Assembly (NCBI GenBank): GCA_051294905.1
Contig: CM119381.1
Coordinates: forward strand, 24,552,001 to 24,616,000
Direction of reading: 5' to 3'
Origin: Botryllus schlosseri
Lineage: Eukaryota
Length of the DNA stretch: 64,000 nucleotides
In this document: positions 13,001-25,000 of the stretch, one piece after another
How the letters are laid out: each line of letters starts with the position of its first letter
Position numbering within the stretch: position 1 is the first letter of the stretch
The notes under the pieces: generated by a model
Told to the model about the DNA's origin: nothing
Database searches by the model: none
Seen by the model: the letters and a program-made list of their open reading frames with translations, nothing else
Position numbers and translations under genes: made by a program

Positions 13001-16000
13001 ATCAGGCCACCCATGCGTTGATTGCCGCTGGTAAACAGTGTTCAATCTATACAGTTGGTCAGAGAATTGGACAATGTGTTCAGTAGATATGCCACTCCGA
13101 CATTGTTCTCAAATTTCAAATGAAAGTAGCTAGCAAGTCTGACTTGTAACACTGTAATATAAAAGTAACTGTAACTGACCTGTAACACTAAAATATATTA
13201 TGTAAAGTGTTGAGGCACGTTTTATTTGCCATGATTTATCTCTTATATAAACAAGATTTCTCGGATATTTAATTTTCACAGAAGCTACCACCCATCTAAC
13301 AGCCATTCAATGTATTCAGATCCAAAGAAATGAAAAGCAATGGAAAAATTGGTTTGAAAAGGAGGCCCCAGAGGACGCAATTATACCAGACGGATACGAA
13401 GACTCTTTGCGAGTCTTCCATAGATTGCTCCTCATCAGATCTTGGTGCCCGGATCGAACCATGGCCCAGGTAAATCTTGTCATTACCGATTTGGACCTCC
13501 GATTTTATTTATCCTTGTCATCAGTGACAGTGATACAATATCGCAGTACTCAACTTGTCTTTGGTTATTTACGTTAGTTACTAGAGTGGATGTGATTTCA
13601 GATTTTAGATCCACTTCTACGCAACTGTGTGTGAAGTAGAACTGCTTACCTTTTTACAATTTGATGCTTGTAAAGAAGATGGTAGTTTTGCATAGGCTTA
13701 AATCACTTTTACAAGTGAAATTTTCGTGACAACCTTGGGAAATAATCCCTGTGCCACTAGATATTTATGTACAATAGATATATATATGTTATTAGTCAGT
13801 TAATGGCAGCTACGAAGTCGCATCATAACATTTTGGAAGTACTGCCCGCTAACTGCTAAAATTATGCAATACACAGACCAAACCAGCTTTTTGAAACTAT
13901 GTAGCTTTGACCACCTCTGTTTGTACAGAGCCGAAAATACATTGTTGAAACTCTCGGAGAGAAATACGCGGAAGCAGTCATGCTCAATCTCCCCGAGATG
14001 TTGGCGGGTAGCAATTCCAGGACTCCACTGCTGTGCTTCTTGTCGATGGGCTCGGACCCGACCAATCAGATCGAGGCCCTGGCCAAGAAGCAGAAGATCG
14101 AGTGCGGCAACGTCAGCATGGGACAGGGGCAGGAGGTCCACGCCAAGAGATTGCTGCAGCACGCCATGGCACAGGTGAAAATTTGGAAGGAAAATGTATT
14201 TGTGACTCAGCGATGCTAATCCAGCCTAGGTTTTTCTTGTAACGTTATCCGAAATTGACCAAAGAAAAATAAACTCTGGGTTCACAACTCATCCTTGCAC
14301 TATCCTCATCATAATACAACCCATTCAATTTGATCAGGATGCCAATCCATGTTCGGTTACAAGGCTTACACTAAATAGAAAGATAAAGTATATCAAGGGC
14401 CATATGAAGTTAATGTAGTAAAATTTAACTTTTTAGTATAAGATATAATGTATAATATAATTTTCCATTGATACTTTCTGAGGCGTTGCGAATGAATGGA
14501 CATACATGGATATATGTATTATGGAACTATTTTACATCTAAATAAACTCTTGTAGGAACAGAACTTCAATATGCAATTGAATGATATATTCGTATTGAAA
14601 TAAACCTGAATAGTTTCGGCTGACACTCGTCAGGGGTAATCGTCAGGAACTAGTAGAGATTTCAATCTCTGCGTTGATACAAATCAAATGATATCAATAT
14701 CGGTGTACACTGCATGACAGGGTGGTTGGGCACTGTTGCAAAACTGTCATCTGGCGTTGGATTTCATGAACGAGCTCATCATCCTCCTCACCGAGTCCGA
14801 AGACATCCACGATTCTTTCCGCCTCTGGATTACAACGGAAGTGCATCCGCGTTTCCCAATCGGGTTCTTGCAAATGTCGAACAAGTTCACAAACGACCCG
14901 CCGCAGGGGCTGAAAGCCGGATTGAAGAGATCGTACTCGAGTAAGTTAAGCAGGGCTGTGGACTCAGTTCACTTTATATACAACTCAAGAAGACATTTTC
15001 TATTATTATTATTATTACCGAGAAAATCGACCATTCTTTTACCATTGAAAATAATTCTGCTCACATCTCGACAACTTCAAACACACCAACTCTTGCCATT
15101 TTCTTCACAGAATTCTGACTTTGATATTTCTGTACATTTTCCTGAAAAATTAAATGCATATGTCAACTCTAGTTGTTATTACCAAGCGAATCTGCCTTTT
15201 TTTAATTTAAATAATCCTGCTCACAGAAAGAAATTAAGTTTGCGAACGTCTGCCTAAGTGAAAAACTTCATAACATCTGTAACAGCTACTGCACTTTTTA
15301 GTTGGAGTCAGAGTCAGACTTGGACAACTAATCAGATTAATTAGAGCTTAATGCCGGTATTCTAGTTCTAATCTGATTTATGAAATGTTTCTATGCTCTA
15401 GTTTTAATTGTAATCTAATCTCTGCTTTTCCTGAAAAGGCTTCAGGATATCTGTATAGTGTGAAACTAGCTAATCTTGGGGACAGAAATTTGCCATTTTT
15501 CCACATTGCCATCAATTTTCAACTCCCTTTCTCAACCAGCCATCACGCAAGACCAGCTGGAAGTGTCCAACATGCCGCAGTGGCGTCCGCTGCTGTACGC
15601 TGTGGCCTTCCTTCACACGACCGTGCAGGAAAGACGCAAATTTGGCCCGATAGGATGGAACATACCGTATGAATTCAACCAGGCCGACTTCAACGCTACC
15701 GTGCAGTTCATGCAGAACCACTTGGACGACATGGACATCAAGAAAGGACCTTCTTGGAATACGATCAGATACATGATAGGTATGTTTACTTTGTGCTACA
15801 TCAATGTGTCATTTGGCGATTTTTTACTTAAAAACAGAAGATTTTGACCTTGAAGAACTTAATTTAAGTGTTTTCGCACATAATGTTTGAATTGTACTAA
15901 TTAATTATCTTCATTTCTGGTTGGAACTGTTTGGCCGGAAAAAAGTTTTGTGACTTAAAAACTGGCAAATTTTTACATGAAAATACTTTATTTTAACAAA

Positions 16001-19000
16001 ATCTGGAATTCTGAACCTATGTAGAATTTCAGTAGTTATATCACGCATTATGGTCGAAATAAATGATATTTATTGTATTACAACGAAAGATACTTTCCTA
16101 CATTCTCGGGTAGAAAGTGTCTGTCCTTACTAAGTAGCTTGCCAAGAATGGAGAAAGAACGTTCAACAGCAGCCGTTGTTGGCTGACAACACTGAAGTTG
16201 TGCGTACACTGCTGGTGACGAACCGTGTTGCTTCATTCAGACAATGTTGTCTACATCACAATTTTTCATCACGCGCTTTTTGATATAAGAACCAATCCCG
16301 ACGCAGTCTTGCTTCAGGTAATATACTGCGGTATGTTGAGCATAACACCACGTGAACCTATTTGTTTCAATTGACCGTTTATAATTCACAATGAGCAGAC
16401 AATGGGCAGTCTACAACGGTAGGCCTGTAAAGTAGGCTACAAGATGTAAAATGCCAAATAAGTTCATCGAAGGGACAAGCATCTACGATACAAACGAAAT
16501 ACCGGTTGCAAAAAAAATTTTACCCAACGCTACATAACATGTCAAAAAAATCGCCCTAGTCATCAGTGTTTGTGTATTGTGCACAGAAATTACGGTGGCG
16601 GTTCTGGCCTTTTTGGCTTGGTCCAATACTCGGCACTGGGCAGCATGATACATGTGATGTCAGTCAGGGCAGACACAATTACGCATTAACATGCAATAAA
16701 TGGCTGTTTTCGCTTCCAAGTCATTCTATTGGTTGTGTTGCATTAAGCACTTGAAACATGTTACACCAGAGTCCAGGACGCAATGCCTCCAAATCTCCCA
16801 GCTTTTAGCCAACGCCGCCGCCGGCAATGGAGCCCACTTTGGGAAGCACTGTTCAATATCGAAAAGCCACATCTGTATTTTAAGAATTCGATTTTTCACT
16901 GTTTTGACTCTATACCTGCAGGCGAGATTCAATATGGCGGACGTGTAACCGATGACTTTGACAAGAGACTGCTCAACACCTTCGCCAAAGTTTGGTTTGG
17001 CGAGAGCATGTTCACTCAGCAATTCGTGTTCTACAAAGGCTATCCGATACCGCACTGCAGGACCGTGCAACAGTATTTGGATTATGTCAAGGTACAGTGG
17101 CATACACTTCTTCTGGACATATTTCTATGTTATAACCAGGAAAAGCGCATTGATGCTGTAATTATGGTGGGCAAAATCGTTTACCTGAGTGATCCAATTC
17201 AGAATCAAGTATTTGGTTTGAAGTTGAGTATTTGAGTTAGCTCATCATGACATGATAACGGTATGAAAGATGTGGAAATTACTATGTCAAACTGTTGCAC
17301 AGTAAGCATGTCAGCTTGTAAAAACACTGCTGACAGCGAAGAATGTAAACAGCCCACCGGTTTGCTGCGACGAATCGTGTGAGCTATTTGTTCATCTCAT
17401 TCATAAATTAACGCCACAATAGCTACACAAGCACACTCATTTAGTATGGTATGATAGACATTCACTGTATCATTTACAACTTGGAAGTTGTATTCGTACA
17501 TTTGTTGAGATGTGGTTACTGTTTTGTATATTTCATGAGCCCTATATTTTAACGCGTTTCGCGTCGACAGAATTAGAAGCGTAAAAGTGAACCATACTTG
17601 TGCAAATAAACTCGCGCAGATTTCTTGTAATTTGGATCGTTGGAATCTTGGTCAAACATTGCAAACATTCACCTATTGTAGACTGTGTCGTTGCTTTTGC
17701 GGTTATTGAACTGAATATCCTAGGTGTGGTGCCTGTGATAGATCAATGTTTTATATCAAGCAGGGTTATAACCAATTAACCAAGTCGCAAGGTTCTAAGT
17801 CTCAAGTTAATCTTGCTTTTATAGATTCGAGTCATGTCGAGTCATTTTCAATTCACCACCGAGTCAAGTCCAAGTTGAAGAGCAGAGGTTCAAGTCCGAG
17901 TCATAGATTATTCAGTTTCTAGTCAAAGTCTTGTTAAATCCACTCTGCTTGTTGATATCGAATGATTTGCATTTACAATATACTCATTTATCTCACTTTT
18001 ACCAGTTTCTGGTCGCGAGTACCAGTATTAATAGACTAAATATCCATAGTCTGGTAACTTTACTTTGTAAATGCAATGAAATGTCAGTCTTGTTCGTCCA
18101 AGTCTCGAGTCTTATGACTTGGTCCGAGTCATGCGCAATGACTCGAGTGCAAGTCGAGTCAATACACAGATTGACTGAAGTCGAGTCATGGCTCGAGTCA
18201 TTACAACCCCGGTATCGAGTACGTTTTCTACTTTGAATTTAGTTTTGACAGCATATTCAAGTTTAATGCCATTCAGGTATTGTTTATTTGTAATAATGCC
18301 TTATGGTGTTATTGCACTTAGTCTTGATGCGCACATCTCAAATTTTGCTTACCATTTCAATTTTATATACGGAACCAACTATTTTAATCTGAAGCTTTCG
18401 CTCTTCGGACTTATGAATGAATTGTGTGCGTGTTGTTTTCAAACACGGTTTATCTATAGCTCGCTAAATATTGACACACGCCGCTACACTTTGACCAAAT
18501 TTAAACCCGACACCTTTGCCGTACATACGTCACCGTGGGCTTAGTTTACCGAATGCTTGATTTATGACTGTGTTGATCGGGGCATGACTGATAACAAAAC
18601 GGAAAAAGATGTTTATTCCTTTATTTCATTCGAAATCAAACATATCAAGAACTCAGAAGCATCTGGTCTACGGCGTGTGTCACAACAATCTTAATACCCC
18701 CTACAAATAAATGACACTCTTTATATATGTTATAATGACAGTAGTATTTTGCTTTTGTTTACAAAATATTTGCATACAATTGACTAATATATTCATATTG
18801 TTTCAATATATGTTATTGAATTGTGTCCTGAAGTTCTGTACCTCAAATAGTCTCTTCAAAGATTTGCATGCTCATTGAAATATTATTACAGATGCCATAT
18901 ATGCCATTAGCATATAATAATTTACTATAAGAAGAACTAGCTTGTCAGCTTACTGGAATGTTTGTACGACTGTTTGTCAGCTACACTTTCTTGTTTGCAG

Positions 19001-22000
19001 GACCTGAAAGCGACTGACACGCCGGAAGTGTTTGGATTGCATTCGAACGCCGACATCACGTACCAGACCAAGAGCGCCAAAGGAATTCTGGACACGATTC
19101 TCAGCATTCAACCGAAGGACAGCAGCTCTGGCGGCGGAGAAACCAGGGAGGATTATGTCTACAGATTGGCGAACGACATGCTGGAGAAATTACCGAAACC
19201 ATATGTGCCGTTCGAGGTGAATATCTTTTTCTTTATTTTAATTCAATTAAAGTATTGTCCAAAGGCCTAGTAAATTGAGGTACTCTTACCTTCCTCGATA
19301 CTGACAACAATCTGGTTATAGATGCATGCTAACGTATGTGTTTCTTTCTTCTTTCTGTCAGGTCCGCGAGAGACTCAAGGAAATGGGCATCTTGAAGCCG
19401 ATGAACATCTTCTTGCGACAAGAAATTGACAGGATGCAGAAAGTAAGTTCACCGTGACCCAGGTCTGAAGGGGACAAAACTCAGTGGTGATGCCATAATT
19501 ACCTTTGTGAGGCCGCAACCAGCAGTGTGAAGTAACAAAGTACATCTACTTTTTCAGGGTACTCGAGTAGCTGTTGCTGTTTACTAAGTTTTTACTTACT
19601 TGGCAATCGCTACTTGCAATTCAATAAAAATTTATGACGTTACGCCTACTTCTACTTGAGTTGGAACCAGGGTTGCGGTCAAGTCACAAGTCAACCTTGC
19701 TTTTATAGTTTTGACTGAGTCATTTTTAACTCACCACCGAGGAAAATCCAAGTTTAACTCAGGGAGCATGGTTATGGTGTAGAGACTCGGGTTCGAGTCC
19801 AAGTCGCCGTGTTCACTGTTGATTATCGTGTTCAAATCAGGTGCAACTGTTATTAAACTAATGGGTGATATCAAGTCCTTGCATTCATAGTATACTCATT
19901 TTTCTCACTCTTAACATGTTTTTTCTAACACAGTGGTTCTCAAAGTGGGGGATACTTGGGGGCGGGGTGAGAGCATCTGAAGGGGGGCGCGAAGCTGCGT
20001 TCGTCTGAATATTTTTTCCCCAATTCATACTTATTGTTCTGTGTACGGTCCAAATTTCATATATGAGAATTCTCTCATAAACACTAATAACCTTCCATGC
20101 CATCAAACTATCCGTTGGGGTTGTTACTAGCATTCTGGTTGTATTTTGCTATATGACGATAATGGGGGCGTAAAATTTTTCACTATCATAAGGGGTGGCG
20201 TGTCTAAACAAGTTTGAGAACCACTGTTCTACCAGATAAAATACATTTTCTTGGCCTGTTTTTAAAAGTATTGGTCCTGATACACATGTCTTGAATCAAG
20301 CCATGTAGAATGTCTTGATTCATGTGACTTAGTTGATTCATGTGCAATGAATCGAGTATACAAGTCGAGTCGATACACAAAGTGACTCAGGTCGAGTTGA
20401 ATCATTTTTCATTTATATGAAAATGATTTGAGTCAAGTCAACGAAAAATTTTGACTCGAGTCATTACAACCCTGGTTCCAACAATAACTGCTTTGATAAC
20501 CTAACATACGTTTTATGTGATTTAGGTCATTCGAACAGTCCGCACGACTCTTTCCGAACTGAAGCTCGCAATCGAAGGAACCATCATCATGAACGAAAGC
20601 CTTCGAGACGCCCTCGACTGCATGTACGACGCGCGCATTCCGAAAAAATGGCTCTCCGTAAGTCACACAGTGAAAGTATCACCGATTTGGTTACGTGTTA
20701 ACGCTGAAATTCGCGTTCAGATCTCATGGCCGTCCAGCACTCTCGGGTTCTGGTTCACGGAGCTCATCGAAAGGAACAGCCAGTTCTATAGCTGGTGCTT
20801 CGAAGGAAGACCTAACAGCTTCTGGATGACTGGCTTCTTTAATCCGCAAGGATTTTTGACCGCTATGAAACAGGTGCTGCCAACGCCAATTTTGCTATTT
20901 CGGTGTGTCTAACTGTATAGCGCAGGGCCGGCCAACCCGTGGCCCGCGAGGTAATTGTAGAAATTAGTAATATTACCAAAAATGGATTGCCCAGATTGTG
21001 AACTTGCATGGCCAACCAAAAGTTTGATTAGTCTGGCCGCCACACTTGGGATGTGATGACTAAAATATCAGTTCCGAAGCATTGGCAGATCCATGGGCCA
21101 ATCAAATTTTGGTAGATCTTCGCACATTACAATAAAGCAGAATATTCTGCGGTTGATTTATCTGAAGTAAATTTTTTTCACGCTTCACGCAATATGTTGT
21201 CGCTCGATTTCTTGCCTTTAATATTGTTACCCCCTCCTGAAAATGAAAGAACGCCTAATGTAGCATGCGCTTACGAGAGAAAGCGACGTCCAACATGCGA
21301 CCTTGCGTTTGCGCTCGCAGAAAGACCGTCGACGATGACACATCGGCATAAAATGATTGACGCATGTTGGCCGAAGCTTTCGCTATCGATATGCCCAGGT
21401 GCCGAATAGTCTAGTTCTTGCAAACTGAGCCCAGCAATATACAGCAGACCCGTAATATACTCAAGTAACAATAATGTCGATGCATAAACTTTGAAAAATT
21501 TTCGCGCTTGGCGTGGCTAGTGGCCCGCATGATGGTTGGTCAATGAAATGTGGCCCTTTTGGCGAAAAGGTTGGCCACCCCTGGTGTAACGTTACCATTT
21601 GATTTGTGTTTTTTTTTTGGCATTTTTGAAAGTGGAGGACGCCCAAATTTTCTCGTTTTTGAGAATTTGTTCTCTTTTTTGAAAATTCTGGTCAAATGTA
21701 TGTTAAAATTCAACTGAGATATAGCAAATTAGTACTCATGTAACGTTCCGGCGGGTCATTTTTTGGGAGTTGATTACGAAAGTTGACCTTTTTTTATTTA
21801 TAGTCAAGCAACAGACAATTCAATAAAAGGGTATATTTCTGGATTCGGATAAATTACCTTTTTTTTAGTCAAACAACTATACAAACTCTCAAAAAATTTG
21901 ACCATTTTTCCTGATTTTACTCCTCCGGTATTGTAGGTCTGTAATTTTTGAAAAAGTACGCTCTATTCAGATTCCCAACATATTGTAACCCTACGAGTAC

Positions 22001-25000
22001 GCGGGCCAGACAATTCTAATCGCCTAATTCGACTGATTAGTGCAAAATTCCAACTAAATATAACTTGTGAAATGCTTCCTGTTGTGACCTTGCGAGGAAA
22101 ACCCACCAATAGACATACGGCTTTCTAGGCTTTTATTCACTAAAAGTGTAGACTATGCTACAAAGAATATAAACGTTAAAACAGAAGTAAACCAGGAAAC
22201 ACATGCTACTCTCAGAACGCCCTACACCAGAATGATGAACTAACAGATAGACAAACGCACGAAGTAATTACTAGCGGAAATGAAGAGAAGGTAGACACCT
22301 AACGGATAAATATAACACCACAATCTCCCCAGCCTAAAACGATCGGGCCACTGTACTGAAGTCATGTTGTGCGGTCACCATACCAATCTGGAGCTCGTCT
22401 GATTCTTGATGACCTTCGGATCGGTGGCTCATCAACAGTTGCATCGGAATCGTTGCGACCGATTGAGGTATCGTGGGAGTCGTTTCGAGTATCGACAGGA
22501 GAGTTTGAATGATGATCCGAGGAGTTTTGAGATAATAAACCATTCTGGTCGTTGCTGATTTCGGCAGAACGCAAGTCGACTGCAGGCTCGATGGAACGGA
22601 AATCAAGCCCATTATCGTTCTCTTCACGCGGACACGGGGCTAGATCCTTTACTGATACAGTTGATTCCGTCCCGTTCCTGTGACGAATTAAAGCATATTT
22701 CGGGTTAGCATCTAGAAGCTCTACTCTAACCACTTCGGGATCACTCTTGTTGCGAACAAAGTTCCGTAGCAGCACAGTACCACCGTTTAGTAGCCAATCA
22801 GGTATCGACACACCCAGCATGGATCTGCGATCGAAGCTGAAAAATCGGTCATGAGGACTACAGTTAGTAGACGTGCAGAGTAGAGACCTTATCGAATGTA
22901 AGGCATCGGGTAGGACTTGCTCCCACAACCGTTCAGGCAACCTTTGAGTAGCTAAGCGGAGTTTAATTGCCTTCCAGAGGGTTTGGTTCAGACGTTCACA
23001 CTGAGCATTACCCGTTGGATGATAGGGTGTTGATTTGCTTGTCGCAACACCTTTACGCGTCAGGAAGGCCGTTACGTCTTTCGATAGGAATGAAGCTCCC
23101 CGATCACTGTGGACGTATTCTGGGAGTCCAACAAGAGAAAACAATGAAGACAGGCAATTGATTACAGTAGCAGAGGTCATGTCACGACATGCATAAGCGA
23201 ATGGAAATCTGCTATATTCATCGATTATAACGAGTATAAACCGCTTTGGTCCGGAAACAGGACCTTTAAAATCAATGCTTATACGTTCCCAGGGTCTAGT
23301 GGCTTTGACGAGATGATGCACTTGGTTGGATTTGAAAAACCTCGGTTTAAATTCAGCGCAAACCGAACAATTAGAACAGATCTTTTTGACGTCCTCCATG
23401 GAGAATGGTAGATTTTTCGCTCGAACAAAGTGATGTAGTCGACGGACTCCGGGGTGACTCAGGGCTTCATGAACCTGTTGCAACGACATTCCAGACGACG
23501 ATGAAATAGAACACAAACGAGAAAGTGCATCAGCGCCCACGTGTTCCTTACCAGGACGATGAATAATTTCATAATTCAACGAGCTTAGTTCTAATTTCCA
23601 TATAGATAACTTGCTGTTCTTGATTTTGCTCGGGTGACTTTTTCGGAAAATAAATGAAAGCGCCTTCTGGTCTGTGATCAATTGGAACTCGTTTCTGATC
23701 AACAGATAACCCCATTTTCTGACCGATTCTATAATTGCCAACGCCTCTTTCTCAACAGCCGGATATTTCATCTCGCTTTTAGACAACGTTCGGGACATAA
23801 AGGCGACTGGTCTGCCCCGTTGGCTCAGAATGGCCCCGATGGCGTGGTCTGAAGCATCACATTCGACTTGGAAAGGCTCATCGTCATAAATACAACTTAG
23901 ACAGGCCCGTAATAAGTCCGTTTTCAGAGTATTAATGGCTTCCAGCTGAATGCCAATCAACGGGAATTCGCAATTTTGACATAATGGTTTGATTTTCCCC
24001 GAGAAAGAGGGGATCCACTTTGAATAGTAAGCCATCATCCCCATGAAACGTTTCAAACTGCGATTGTCGTTAGGAACTGGCATGTCGAGTAATGGTTTAA
24101 GATGATCAGGATCTGGCTGAATTCTGTTATGTGATATCAAATGTCCAAGTAATGAGAGTTTTGACACGGAGAACAGACATTTATCTTGATTAAGAGTCAA
24201 TCCCCAATTTGTCGCAGCAGACATGAAGGCTTTAAGCCTTTCATCATGTTCTTTTTGGTTTTCCCCATAAATCGTGACGTTATCAAGATAGGCAACAGTA
24301 CCATTTAGTTTGTGCTCAGCAATGAATTTATCAATGAACCGCTGAAACGCAGCTACACCATTGGTTATCCCGAAAGGGAGACGACAAAATTGATACAACG
24401 ATCCACCAGCTTCAAATGCAGTATATGGCCTATCGGATACAGATAGCGGTACTTGGTGGTAAGCAGATTTCAAATCAATGGTGCTATATACCATTCCTTT
24501 CGCCACGTCGTTCACGATGTTCTCTATTTTGGGCAAAGGGTATGCATCCAGAGGAGTAAACCTATTGATGGTCTGTGAGTAATCGATTACTAACCTCTTC
24601 TTGTGCCGAAAATCTTTCGTTACCAAGACCTGGGCTCGCCAGGGAGACACGGAACGTTCTACTACACCGTCACGCAGCAGTTTCGACAACTCACTCGCAA
24701 TGAATTTCCGGTCATCTGAACTATAATTTCTTGATTTGACAGCTACGGGTCGCACTTCAGGGTCGACGAATTTGAATATTTGAGGAGGTGCGGATACTCT
24801 CGCAGCTGCTACGGCGCAATGTAAACCATTCGAAATGATGAGATCCTTCGATGGTCCGCCAAATTCAAATACAACTTTCCCATGCTGCTTCATGAATTCC
24901 AATCCCAGGATCACATCAGCAATGAGATCTTTAACGACTCTGAATTTGACCTTGCCGTAATTACAGCCCGGTATCTCGAGTGAAGCTTCAATGCACCCGA

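Noticed and set aside
14618-14655. Helitron 3' end reading of the dispersed repeat (hairpin CTGAC-ACTC-GTCAG then CTAG|T)
   Set aside because: Similarity among copies continues about 30 nt past the CTAG (tagagaattggaaagaacattgtatatcaac), so CTAG is not the terminus. Kept only as a weak alternative.
14736-15257. 173-aa ORF in the ORF track
   Set aside because: It is dynein exon 14721-14940 read through its donor into AT-rich intron; the same applies to 10289-10678, 15476-15847, 16783-17235 and 52897-53289.
3727-16000. Several minus-strand ORFs of 60-125 aa overlapping dynein exons
   Set aside because: Antisense shadows of codon-biased exons; no independent coding signal.
21271-21471. Similar peptides from ORFs 21271-21471 and 32213-32428 suggesting a small gene family
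   Set aside because: Both lie inside copies of the same non-coding hAT-like MITE; the similarity is at DNA level.
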